Positions 1-9,050 of a stretch of DNA of 64,000 nucleotides are shown one piece after another; within the stretch, counting starts at the first letter, position 1; each line of letters opens with the position of its first letter. The notes under the pieces were generated by a model. The model made no database searches and was not told where the DNA came from. It saw nothing but the letters and a program-made list of their open reading frames with translations. Position numbers and translations under genes: made by a program. Source of the stretch: Macrostomum lignano (taxonomy: Eukaryota); the NCBI GenBank assembly GCA_002269645.1, contig NIVC01000073.1, forward strand, positions 620,001-684,000. Direction: 5' to 3'.

Positions 1-50
1 ATGCACTGGAGCGCCAGCTTGGTATAGGCCAAGTCAGGCAGCATGTCAAG

Positions 51-863
51 ATGGCTAAATACACGCCATCCCAAGACATCCGCACGTGGATCAAAGCCTT
101 CGATCTTCGCTGCGATACCGAAGACATTCGTGCCTGCCACAGGAAGGCGGAGTTGCTCGCCAACCTTGACGTGCACACGGCGTATGCTTCGGTCTTGCGC
201 CTGAATTTGCCAGATCATCTGGATTATGAAGAGTTTAAGGAAGCGCTGATTGAGAGATTCTCAAAGAGAGGCGGCTCACAGGAATTCCGAGAAGATTTCC
301 GCTGCCGAACTCAGCGCAAGAACGAGGACATTGACGAGTTTGCAGATGCTCTCCGCGAACTTGGAGAACTCGCTTATCCTTATCTCTTGCCAGCTCAGCT
401 CGAATCAGAACTTGTTGATCAGTTCCTGAAAGGTGTCAGAACTACAATTGAGGCGAGAGAACGGCTGTACTGGGGTCGTCCAGAGACTCTACAGGACGCC
501 AAGTTCGCCTTCAAGCGCATCGAGACAGCGCGTGAGCTTGCTGCCCGCAGTAAAGACGCACCCTGTCGCAGCCTGGGTGGGGACAAAGCTACGGTTCCCC
601 GACAGGACGATGAGCTTAAGAATCTAATCAGGCATCAGAATGAGGTTCTGCAGAAGCAGCAGCAGATGCTTGAGCAGCTTCTCAAGCAGACGCCAGCCGC
701 ACCTGTCAGAGATAGGCTGCAAGGCATTGTGTGCCACGAGTGCGGCAAACCAGGCCACAAGAGGCCTGACTGTCCTAAGTTCAAGGCTCAGAAGCCGGGA
801 AACGTCCGGGCGGGGGTTGCCAACCAGGACCCTCTCCAGGGCCAACCCCCGAAGTCGCACTAA
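51..863 (+). CDS. gag: Gag (capsid-like region plus CCHC nucleocapsid zinc knuckle), 270 aa
   Basis: ATG-initiated ORF with the retrotransposon gag motif RTQRKNEDIDEFADALRELGELAYP and knuckle CHECGKPGHKRPDC (C-x2-C-x4-H-x4-C). Confidence 0.93.
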   Translation: MAKYTPSQDIRTWIKAFDLRCDTEDIRACHRKAELLANLDVHTAYASVLRLNLPDHLDYEEFKEALIERFSKRGGSQEFREDFRCRTQRKNEDIDEFADALRELGELAYPYLLPAQLESELVDQFLKGVRTTIEARERLYWGRPETLQDAKFAFKRIETARELAARSKDAPCRSLGGDKATVPRQDDELKNLIRHQNEVLQKQQQMLEQLLKQTPAAPVRDRLQGIVCHECGKPGHKRPDCPKFKAQKPGNVRAGVANQDPLQGQPPKSH

Positions 864-877
864 AGCAGTCTGGAGAG
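797..877 (+). promoter_or_regulatory. Programmed -1 ribosomal frameshift signal: slippery heptamer G GGA AAC plus H-type pseudoknot
   Basis: GGGAAAC at 797-803 is in X XXY YYZ phase with gag, and the -1 frame (open from 779) is the pol frame. After a 7-nt spacer, stem 1 is CGGGGGTTG 811-819 / CAACCCCCG 843-851 and stem 2 is CTCTCCAG 832-839 / CTGGAGAG 870-877. Confidence 0.85.
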
Positions 878-3211
878 TCTGGCGATACCGTAGACTCTTC
901 CTTTGTAAATAATGTATATAACTCTGGTGCTGATCCTTATGTAACTGCGCTTATTTTCGGCCAACAGGTTCCCTTGCTTCTCGACAGCGGGAGCAGACTG
1001 AACCTGATGGGCCTTTCTACTTGGCGATTGTTATCGCGCAGTACTGCACATGCATGCGTAGTTACACCTACTTATTCCGATCGTATTCTAACCTATGATG
1101 GTTCTGAATTACAGCTAACCGGTAAGGTTATGCTTGATGTTGTCTTCGGAGATTTCTCAGCTGAAGCTGAATTCTACATTGTAAGCGGCGATCAGGAGAA
1201 TCTCCTAGGCATTGATTTTATGAGGAAGCACTGTCGGACCTTGGAGTTCCAGACAGGAATGCTTACCCTCACTACTGGTACTTGTGTACCCGTGCGCTAT
1301 ACGCGCCGTGAGCCAACCTCGTGCAGAGTCTATGTTGCCGGAAAACATCAGATTCCTGCTCGAAGTTCTGGCCTCATATCTGTGCAACTGGCACGTGGCA
1401 AAGAATCGAATTATGGAGTGCCAGCAGTGGTTGAACCACTCAGATCTGGACTCCGCGCTGGGCTTTCCCAGGTCCGCGCATCTGCAGCATTGGTAACGAT
1501 GCATGAAGGCAAAGGCTGCATGGAAGTTGTTAATCCTAACAACTTTCCAGTTAATATAGCCAAAGGAGCCTTGGTGGGCCTTGCCACACCGCTCCGAACG
1601 CAAGACCTCGAGTACTATCCAGAACTGAAAGCAACACCTGTGCGCAAGTTGCACCTAGACGATAACATCAATTCAGCCAGTGACGATTGGATCAATGAGA
1701 TAGAGATAGGCGATTCGATCACGGAGGACCAGAAGTCCCAGGTTCGAGAGCTGATCAGAGAGTCGCGTAATGCGTTCTCCACGCACACTCTTGATCACGG
1801 TCTGACTCACCTGGTGACCCATCAGATTGTCATGCGAGACGAGACTCCAGTTAGGATCCCAGCTCGCAGGGTCCCCCCGCACTTGCAGGATCAGGTCAAT
1901 CAGCTGCTAGATGAGATGCTAGAGAAGGGCTTGATCAGGCCATCTTATTCAAGCTACAGCTCTCCTATCTTAGTAGTGCCTAAGAAGGACAAATCTGTCC
2001 GCATAGTCCATGACTATCGCGAGCTGAATGAGAGATGCGAATATCGCCCGTATCCGTTGCCATCTATCCAGGAGACGTTTGCATGTCTCCGTGGATCTCA
2101 ATGGTTCAGCAGCTTGGATCTTGCTCAAGGGTTCTATCAGATCCCGTTGCGTGAAGAGGATCGTTTTCGCACAGCCTTCTCAGTGATCAATCGAGGTCAG
2201 TTTGAGTTCAACGTCTTGCCTATGGGGCTTCGCGATAGCCCTGGAGCCTTCCAGCGATGCATCAATATGCTGCTAGACGGTATCACTAAGTTCGCCTTAG
2301 GATACATGGATGACATTGTCATTCATAGTATTGCCTTCGAGGAGCACCTCGAACATCTTCGCGAAATGTTCAGGCGGCTCATTGAAGCCAATCTTAAGCT
2401 AAAGCCACGCAAATGCCATCTGTTTAAGACAGAGTTGCACTATCTCGGACATGTAGTCGATAGACGAGGCATTAGGACTAATGAAGACAAGGTACAGCAG
2501 ATACTAGACTGGCCGCGTCCTCAGACAGTCAAGCAGCTGCAGAGCTTTCTAGGTCTCTGTAACTACTATGCCAAATTCGTTAAGAATTACGCCGAAATTG
2601 CTGCCCCGTTGCATCAATTGACTCGGAAGAACCTTGTTGGGTTCAAGGGGCTATGGACAGAGCAACACTCGAAAGCTTTCGATGAGCTCAAGAAGAAGCT
2701 GTGCTCTACTGAGGTCCTCGCGTACCCAGAGTACAACACAGACCCAGACACAGTCTTCGTCCTGGATTGTGATGCCTCAGGTTTCCGAATCGGCGCCTGT
2801 TTAGGCCAGCGCCAATCCGATGGTGCGGAGCGGCCTGTTGCCTATTTTAGTCGGAAATTGCGCGAGCCTGAAACGAGGTACAACAACACCAAGCGTGAGC
2901 TTTTGGCCGTTGTTGACTCGATGAGGCACTTTCGTTACTACTTAATCGGCAAGAGATTTGAGGTTAGAACAGACCACAGGGCTCTTCTTTGGCTCATTCG
3001 CCAGACTGAAGCCGAAGGGATCTTGGGTCGTTGGGTCGAACGGCTAAGTGAATTCGACTTTGCTGTCATTCATCGGAAGGGAAGTTTGCACCAGAACGCA
3101 GACAGCTTATCAAGAAAGCCGGACGGTCCGGAGTTCGATGACTGTCGTCCTGGAGCACGGACACCCAACCAGACAGACAATGAGGCCACTGTACCCTCAG
3201 CCCTCGATTAG
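803..3211 (+). CDS. pol: Pol, part 1: aspartic protease, reverse transcriptase, RNase H (no ATG of its own; reached by -1 frameshift)
   Basis: PR motif LLDSGS; RT motifs DYRELN, LDLAQGFYQI, PMGL, YMDD; RNase H motifs CDASG, RELLAVV, RTDH, NADSLSR. Ends at a TAG created by an apparent 1-nt deletion. Confidence 0.95.
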   Translation, partial: RPGGGCQPGPSPGPTPEVALKQSGESGDTVDSSFVNNVYNSGADPYVTALIFGQQVPLLLDSGSRLNLMGLSTWRLLSRSTAHACVVTPTYSDRILTYDGSELQLTGKVMLDVVFGDFSAEAEFYIVSGDQENLLGIDFMRKHCRTLEFQTGMLTLTTGTCVPVRYTRREPTSCRVYVAGKHQIPARSSGLISVQLARGKESNYGVPAVVEPLRSGLRAGLSQVRASAALVTMHEGKGCMEVVNPNNFPVNIAKGALVGLATPLRTQDLEYYPELKATPVRKLHLDDNINSASDDWINEIEIGDSITEDQKSQVRELIRESRNAFSTHTLDHGLTHLVTHQIVMRDETPVRIPARRVPPHLQDQVNQLLDEMLEKGLIRPSYSSYSSPILVVPKKDKSVRIVHDYRELNERCEYRPYPLPSIQETFACLRGSQWFSSLDLAQGFYQIPLREEDRFRTAFSVINRGQFEFNVLPMGLRDSPGAFQRCINMLLDGITKFALGYMDDIVIHSIAFEEHLEHLREMFRRLIEANLKLKPRKCHLFKTELHYLGHVVDRRGIRTNEDKVQQILDWPRPQTVKQLQSFLGLCNYYAKFVKNYAEIAAPLHQLTRKNLVGFKGLWTEQHSKAFDELKKKLCSTEVLAYPEYNTDPDTVFVLDCDASGFRIGACLGQRQSDGAERPVAYFSRKLREPETRYNNTKRELLAVVDSMRHFRYYLIGKRFEVRTDHRALLWLIRQTEAEGILGRWVERLSEFDFAVIHRKGSLHQNADSLSRKPDGPEFDDCRPGARTPNQTDNEATVPSALD

Positions 3212-4683
3212 TCGAAGACACCAGCCAAGTAACCTCCAGCAGTTCTGCCTCGCAGGAATCTCGTATTGCCGTCGCCGGCTCATCATGTTGTCCCTCAGTG
3301 GACCGATGTCCGACACCCGTTATTGCGGCCGTTTCTGCCGACTCAACATGTTGTTCCTCAGTGAACCGTTGTTCGGCTGGAGCGTCTGAGGCTGTCTGCC
3401 AGACTGATGCGACATGTTGTCCCTCAGTGGACCGCCGCTCAGAATGGGCAGCCAAGGTTGCTGGTTTAGCTGTGGACTTTGCCCCAGTTGGACGCCACAC
3501 TACCGCACCTACGGCCATAGAAGCTGTTCGCCCTCGTGTCTCAGGTGACCTGACCGCAGGAATCCGGACCGACGACGCAGCAAGGCCATTATCTGCTTCA
3601 ATAACGGAATCAGCGAACCGTAGCGTTAGTGAGGATGTTCCTCCACGCTGTCGTGTTCTGCTTAGTGATTTTCTGTCCGAACCTCTGAAGCGAGACCAAC
3701 TGCTCCTCGAGCAGCAGAAGGACCCGGACATTGAGTTCGTCAGAAATCTTTTAGCGACTAGTTCGCCCAAGCCGTCCTTTGACGCCCGACTACGTCTTAG
3801 TAGGGATACGCGCAACCTACTAGGCTACTTTGATATGTTGCGGCTAGTAGACAACCTGCTCGTCTACGATGAAGACATAGCAGACCGTCCACCGCGCATT
3901 GTGCTGCCGAAGAGTCTAGATGACCAGGTGTTCAAAGAGCTCCATGATGCTCCCTTGAGTGGACACCTTGGCGAAACTAAGACCTATCTTCGGGTTAGAC
4001 AAAGGTTTTGGAGGCCGTCTTTGAGCAAAGCGGTTAAGGCCTACGTGGCCCGATGTCGAGTTTGCCTGGAGAGCAAGACTCGCCGTCGCGAAGCCGTGCC
4101 TGTGCAGAGCTTCCCAGTCTGTGAAGTGATGGGGCGGCTACACTGCGACGTTGTCGGCCCAATCTCGCAGCCTTCGCGAGCTGGCCACCGCTATATTCTG
4201 ACGCTATGCGATGCTACTTCTAAATACCCTTTTGCGTTCCCTATGCGGAACCAGAAGACCAAGACCGTAGTCAAGATTCTTCAGGAAAGATTGTTTCCGG
4301 AGTACGGTGTACCAGCGTGGCTGCACACCGACCAAGGAACGAATTTCACTGGAAAGGACTTTAAGAAGTTTTGTGAGCTGTACGGCATTAGGCACACGAC
4401 TACAACGCCGTATAATCCTAGTTCGAATGGCCAGGTGGAAAATCTCAACAAGACAATCAAGAGTGTACTCACGTGCTTGCTGGAGAAGAATCACCAAGAT
4501 TGGGATACCTTCCTCCCAGCATGCATGATCGCTCTGCGATCTAGCGTTCACCCGGTTACAGGGTTTACGCCCTACTTCTTGGTCTTTGGAAGAGAATTCC
4601 GGATGCCCATTGATAATGAGCTTCGGTCCCACCTGAATATCCGGACTTGCCAACGTACGTCCAAGACTTCCAGAAGAGACTAG
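3184..4683 (+). CDS. pol: Pol, part 2: Cys-repeat linker plus integrase zinc finger and core (-1 frame relative to part 1; frame open from 3184)
   Basis: HHCC motif (ELHDAPLSGH...CRVC) and D,D35E triad (LHCD, LHTD, NGQVE; 35 residues counted between the second D and E). Confidence 0.93.
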   Translation, partial: GHCTLSPRLVEDTSQVTSSSSASQESRIAVAGSSCCPSVDRCPTPVIAAVSADSTCCSSVNRCSAGASEAVCQTDATCCPSVDRRSEWAAKVAGLAVDFAPVGRHTTAPTAIEAVRPRVSGDLTAGIRTDDAARPLSASITESANRSVSEDVPPRCRVLLSDFLSEPLKRDQLLLEQQKDPDIEFVRNLLATSSPKPSFDARLRLSRDTRNLLGYFDMLRLVDNLLVYDEDIADRPPRIVLPKSLDDQVFKELHDAPLSGHLGETKTYLRVRQRFWRPSLSKAVKAYVARCRVCLESKTRRREAVPVQSFPVCEVMGRLHCDVVGPISQPSRAGHRYILTLCDATSKYPFAFPMRNQKTKTVVKILQERLFPEYGVPAWLHTDQGTNFTGKDFKKFCELYGIRHTTTTPYNPSSNGQVENLNKTIKSVLTCLLEKNHQDWDTFLPACMIALRSSVHPVTGFTPYFLVFGREFRMPIDNELRSHLNIRTCQRTSKTSRRD

Positions 4684-6170
4684 AGGAAGCTAATCAGTTA
4701 GCCCAGGACCGTGTGAAGCTGCATCAAGAACTTCGCGATGAACATTATGAGAATCGCCCGAAGGCCAAGCAGCTCTCACCGGGTGACCTAGTCTTCCTGA
4801 ACAATCCAGTCTTAGATCAGTCTTGGGAAGCGCAGAAATTTCACAGACCGCGCAAGGCTGTGTATGAAGTAGTAGAGCGCAAAGGAGAAGTTGTCTACAA
4901 GATCAGACCTCGCCTCCGGAATCCTAGGGCTCGTCGAGAGGAGTTGGTGGTGCACCGTCGCAATATGCTACCGGTTCCGCAAGCTGACTATCCAGAGCCA
5001 GCTGGCCGGGCAGCTGAGCACCGTGCTGGGCCGCCGCGTAAGCGTCGCGTTGCCATAGAAACCACTGCCTCTCAGAATACCGGCGAAGTCGCCGATGACG
5101 TTGACGAGCTCGATGACGATAATAACGACTGGGCTCCGCGCTACTTTCTGCGTCCGGCCGCAGCACTAGCAGCGATCCCAGAAGTCGCCGAACCTGAAAT
5201 GAATAAAAATGGGGTAGCTGTTCATGAGCAACCTGAAACACCTAGGGACATAGAACAGCCCGAAGCGGTGCCCCCGGACCCTCAGCCTGTTGCTGAGCGC
5301 CCGCGGAGAGACCGCCGAGCCCCAGATAGACTAATAATGAATCCTAGAGCTAAATCTTATGTTGCTAGGATCAGGGATGCGCTCGCCTCTTCAATAAGGC
5401 GCTTCTTTCCGCATTCCAGCACCATCATGAGCGAGGACGAGATGCCTCTAGAGCAGCAGCTCTCTCTGTCAGCTTCGAACGACTCTTTCGAGCCGATCGA
5501 GTCATCATCACCGCGTCCCGATGAAGGGCGGGTGAAGACCCAGCCAACGCCAATACCGTCTGGCCCGCCGGTTACAGCGCCCATCGGCATTACCCGCCGT
5601 ACATTATTGCGAGTCGACACGAACGTCCAGGCTGTGGCCGGGCCTCAAACAGAGCCAACCCCTAGGAAGACGGCCCTGTTGGAGAAGCCCCCGGCCAGAG
5701 GCCGGGCAGCGGCAGGACCATCGAGGAGTCGCTCCCGGCAGCGCGCGGCCAACTGGCAGCCCGCTGGACGGCCGACGGCCTTGGAAAGGCTGGGAGGGCG
5801 AAGCCGCTCCCCTCCTAGCAAGGTGGCACCGGCCAGCAGTGGCGGGACGGCCTGTAGCAGCCAGTCGCAGCCGGCCAGGGAGCCTATCAAGCAGATGATC
5901 GCGGCCATTCTGCTGAAAGCCGCGTATACCGGAGAAGTAACGGCCTGGTCCACACCGCAAACCATTGCACTAAAGGCTATGGCTGAGGATGAGCGGCGCG
6001 CCCTCATCAACGAAGCCTTCACGAGAACGCGCTCTTTGCTCACGCCATATCGGCATTACGCCGTGGCGTTGGAGGCCGCAGTACGCAGAGCAGCTCAAGA
6101 TCTCGGCCGCATGCCGGCCCTATCAGCCGAGGCCCTCGCTCTGCTGAATACGGCGAGGCCGGCCCATTAA
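4620..6170 (+). CDS. Pol, part 3: integrase C-terminal GPY/F-like region and disordered tail, continuing in frame into a ~247-aa extra domain (ATG 5427)
   Basis: GDLVFL...YEVVERKGEVVYKI...VVHRRNM resembles a Gypsy IN C-terminus, and RPRRDRRAPDRL is a typical IN tail. The frame opens at 4620 and stays open to 6170. Confidence 0.8.
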   Translation, partial: ASVPPEYPDLPTYVQDFQKRLEEANQLAQDRVKLHQELRDEHYENRPKAKQLSPGDLVFLNNPVLDQSWEAQKFHRPRKAVYEVVERKGEVVYKIRPRLRNPRARREELVVHRRNMLPVPQADYPEPAGRAAEHRAGPPRKRRVAIETTASQNTGEVADDVDELDDDNNDWAPRYFLRPAAALAAIPEVAEPEMNKNGVAVHEQPETPRDIEQPEAVPPDPQPVAERPRRDRRAPDRLIMNPRAKSYVARIRDALASSIRRFFPHSSTIMSEDEMPLEQQLSLSASNDSFEPIESSSPRPDEGRVKTQPTPIPSGPPVTAPIGITRRTLLRVDTNVQAVAGPQTEPTPRKTALLEKPPARGRAAAGPSRSRSRQRAANWQPAGRPTALERLGGRSRSPPSKVAPASSGGTACSSQSQPAREPIKQMIAAILLKAAYTGEVTAWSTPQTIALKAMAEDERRALINEAFTRTRSLLTPYRHYAVALEAAVRRAAQDLGRMPALSAEALALLNTARPAH

Positions 6171-6364
6171 CGGAGACGCTCGTCTACAGTAGCTCATCGT
6201 GGGGCATATGGCCTCACAGGCGTATTGGCTCAGGCCTTTCAGTATAACTATCAGCTTCTGTGTATTGGCCTATGGCCTTTCTCTAATTGATACCTACATG
6301 ACTTATTAAATACATTGACTTACCTTACTTGATGAAGAACCTCCTGGTGTCGCTTCTTCTTTTT

Positions 6365-6377
6365 CAGGTGGGGTGGG
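6365..6377 (+). other. Polypurine tract of the Gypsy element
   Basis: CAGGTGGGGTGGG lies immediately before TGTGG, ~200 nt after the last ORF. Confidence 0.7.
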
Positions 6378-7350
6378 TGTGGTGATCCAGCGTAGCTAGC
6401 ATAGGCTGCTCCTGGGATCCCCCTTAGTCAGTTAGTGCTTGGGCTGCAGCAGTGGGAGCTGGGCATAGGGCTGTCCCTTCCTCCTCTTCCCTTGTGCAGG
6501 CTCAGGTGTGCAGCTGTCGCGGGACAGGGAGAGAAACTCTCTCCCCCTCTCCCCCTGGCGCAGTCTGCAATGGGCTAAAAATAGAAACATTAGTCAGTGG
6601 GATATTTCTCCTTTAGTACAGGCTTATTTAGTCAGCGGGAGTGAGAGCATAGCTCTCCGCCCGGGGTAGGCTCTCGTGGGGTCTTGGTTGCACTCCTTGC
6701 ATGCGGCAACATGCAAGCAGTGTACCAGCAGGCCATGCGGAGGCTGCATGATGAGGCAGATGTCTTATGGACATCTCCAAGATCGCTCCTGGCTCCGGGT
6801 AGTCCACGGAACTGCCATGGGATCTGCCACGGAACTGCCTCTGAGCTTCCCATTGGCCCTGAGACCCCGAATTTTAGTATAAATACAGAGTAGGTGAAGG
6901 CCCAAAGAGACCATCTTTTCGGAGACCGCCTGCTTGGCTTCGAGCAAAGGCTAGTATTCCTAGATGCTTTTCCTAGACGAACTAGCTTAGGCAGATCGCT
7001 AGACGCTTTTCCTAGGGATAACCTGCTAACAAATCTTTGTTGCAGCTGCCATTTGCTCATTAAGATTGCCGCAGGTCTTTGTGTCAGCAGCTCGCCAGAC
7101 CTTCAACACCGTCTGGACCTGGTCTCGTGGCCTACAACCTACACTGTTGGGCAACATCAACTGACGCACAGTACAGCTTAGGGCGTTTACTGCGACACCA
7201 GTTGAGCTACTAAACGATATTTTAGGATCGGCCTGTGACCGTTACTCACATTAATAAACGTTTAACTGACTTGTTTGTCTTATTTATTTTCTACTTATCA
7301 GTAGGCCTACCTAGGGGTAACCTGTCGAGGATATCACCTGTAGACCTACA
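6378..7350 (+). repeat. 3' LTR (right end uncertain)
   Basis: Starts with TG after the PPT. TATAAATA at 6878-6885, AATAAA at 7253-7258 followed by a T-rich stretch. Candidate ACA ends at 7250, 7350 and 7620. No second LTR is in the window for comparison. Confidence 0.65.
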
Positions 7351-7621
7351 AGGTGGCAGCAACCCAACTACCAATACTCGGTTATTATCTAACTGTACTC
7401 AGTGGAGACTAAGAGGGGTTAATTCGGACCATAGTGCTAGACCACTCAGGCCAGCTACCGGCCGTGCTAGATAGCGAGGACAGACAGAGGAAGTAGTAGG
7501 CAACAGCAGTAATCACCAAAGAGACGGGGATCCACAAGGCCATTACATTGGTTACATTGGTGGGATTCGGCACCAGCATTACATTGGTGGCAGCGGAGAG
7601 CAGTAGGCACAGCCATCACAC

Positions 7622-7639
7622 TGGTGGCAGCGGTGGGAT
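7622..7639 (+). other. Primer-binding-site-like motif complementary to the 3' end of tRNA-Leu
   Basis: TGGTGGCAGCGGTGGGAT is the reverse complement of ATCCCACCGCTGCCA+CCA, as I recall the metazoan tRNA-Leu(AAG/TAG) 3' end. It follows CATCACA-C; partial copies lie near 7351, 7558 and 7585. Confidence 0.5.
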
Positions 7640-7736
7640 AACAAGACCTACCCGACCACCCAGGGAAATCCTTGTTCTATCTCGGGCGAAAGCCACGGCA
7701 TCACATAATATTAGTTGCACAACTTTCTTCTTTCAG

Positions 7737-8224
7737 ATGATCGTCAAACTCTATTTTAATGAACAGGGAGGCGGGCGAGGCGAAGGCGGGCGAGGCGGTG
7801 GCGGGCGAGGCGGAGGCGGGCAAGGCAGAGGCGGAGGCGGGCGAGGCGGAGGCGGAGGCGGGCGAGGTGGAGGCGGAAGAGGAGGCGGGCGAGGCGGAGG
7901 CGGGCAAGGCGGAGGAGAAGATGGCGGCGGAGGAGATGGCAGAGGAGGAGGAGATGGTGGAGAAGGAGGAGGCGGGAAGGGTTCAGTGCAAAGTAAGTCT
8001 GAATTAGTATAAATGTGTATATACATACACGTATGTATATAAATAGCAAAAACGCTTACAATCATTTCTATATTGTAGAGAGATGCTTCGTCTGTAAGAA
8101 AATAGGGCACATTGCCTGTAACTGCTGGAATAAAAAGAAGCAGCAGACAAAGCAACCATCGCAACAGGAGCAGCAGACAATGCAACAAGAGCAGCCGCAA
8201 CAGCAGCAGGAGAAGCAGGGATGA
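7737..8224 (+). CDS. Putative two-exon gene (7737-7992, 8079-8224): RGG/Gly-rich region, CCHC zinc knuckle and Gln-rich tail, ~133 aa
   Basis: A strong acceptor TTTCTTCTTTCAG directly precedes the ATG. A phase-1 GTAAGT...TATTGTAG intron (86 nt) joins GGGKGSVQ to KRCFVCKKIGHIACNCW in frame. Confidence 0.5.
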
Positions 8225-8294
8225 CAGTTTGTGTTGTGCATTTTGACTGCATTTTGACTGCGTATATTAGTTTTGTGTTTTACTAATGGCTAAA

Positions 8295-8875
8295 TGAAAG
8301 GGAATAGAGAAAAGAGAAAAGGAAAGAGTAGATAAAATATTAGATGAAAGAGAACATGAAAAGAGAGAATTAAAAGGGATAGATTAGAGAAAAGAAAAAA
8401 GAGAATAAAGGCGAGAGAAGAGATGAGGGAATTGAGAGGAGAGAGGAGAGGGGGTAAGAGAGGTGAAAGAGGAGACAGGAGGGAGTAGAGCCGAAAAGAC
8501 GAGAGAGAAGAGATAAATGAGTAGAGATAAGAAGAGGGAGAGGAGAGAGAAGCGAGAGGATAAGGGAGAGAGGAGAGGGTAGAAAGTAGAGAGATGACAG
8601 AGCAGAGAGGAGATAAAGGAGAGGAGAGAGAAGAGATAAAAGAGAAGAGAGAGGAAAAAGTAGTGAGGAGAAAGAAGAGAGTAGATATGAGAGCGCAGAC
8701 AGGAGAGATAAGAGAGTAGATATGAGAGCGCAGAAAGGAGAGATAAGAGAGTAGAAATTAAAGATTAGAGATTAGATGAGAAATGATAGATAAACGAGCA
8801 GATGAGAGCAGAGAGGAGATAGGAGAGATTAGAGATAAGAGAGCAAAGAGGAGAGAGGGACAGATGAGAGACGAC
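8295..8875. repeat. GA-rich low-complexity polypurine tract
   Basis: About 580 nt, predominantly A and G on the + strand. Confidence 0.85.
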
Positions 8876-9050
8876 CTCTTTGAGAATCCTGACCCCATAT
8901 GACCTCTGTGATAATCCTGACCCCTTATGACCTCTTTGAGAATCCTGACCCCATATGACCTCTTTGAGAATCTTGAACCCACATGACCTCTATGAGAATC
9001 CTGACCCCACCTAGCCTCTATGCGAATCCTGACCCCATGTGACCTCTGTG
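8873..9050. repeat. 28-bp tandem repeat
   Basis: Unit GAGAATCCTGACCCCATATGACCTCTTT, about 6 copies. Confidence 0.85.

Larger units (their letters stand above)
1..7350 (+). mobile_element. Ty3/Gypsy LTR retrotransposon; 5' LTR outside the window; right boundary uncertain (7250, 7350 or 7620)
   Basis: Domain order gag(CCHC)-PR-RT-RNaseH-IN is the Ty3/Gypsy order. A purine tract (6365-6377) is followed by TGTGG, the LTR start. Confidence 0.95.

Noticed and set aside
5427-6170. Gypsy third ORF as an envelope gene
   Set aside because: There is no signal peptide, furin-site-plus-fusion-peptide arrangement or C-terminal transmembrane helix.
433-7181. Antisense and alternate-frame ORFs overlapping the retrotransposon (e.g. 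3066-3815 minus, 4204-4653 minus, 6632-7060 minus)
   Set aside because: They have no recognisable motifs and are expected by-products of GC-rich coding and LTR sequence.
7622-7639. tRNA-Leu gene on the minus strand
   Set aside because: Only 18 nt match, including the post-transcriptional CCA, and no cloverleaf is present.
7759-8007. Glu/Ala-rich ORF, and the Pro-rich antisense ORFs at 7701-8252
   Set aside because: They are alternate readings of the Gly/Arg repeat. Only the Gly frame splices in phase to the zinc knuckle.
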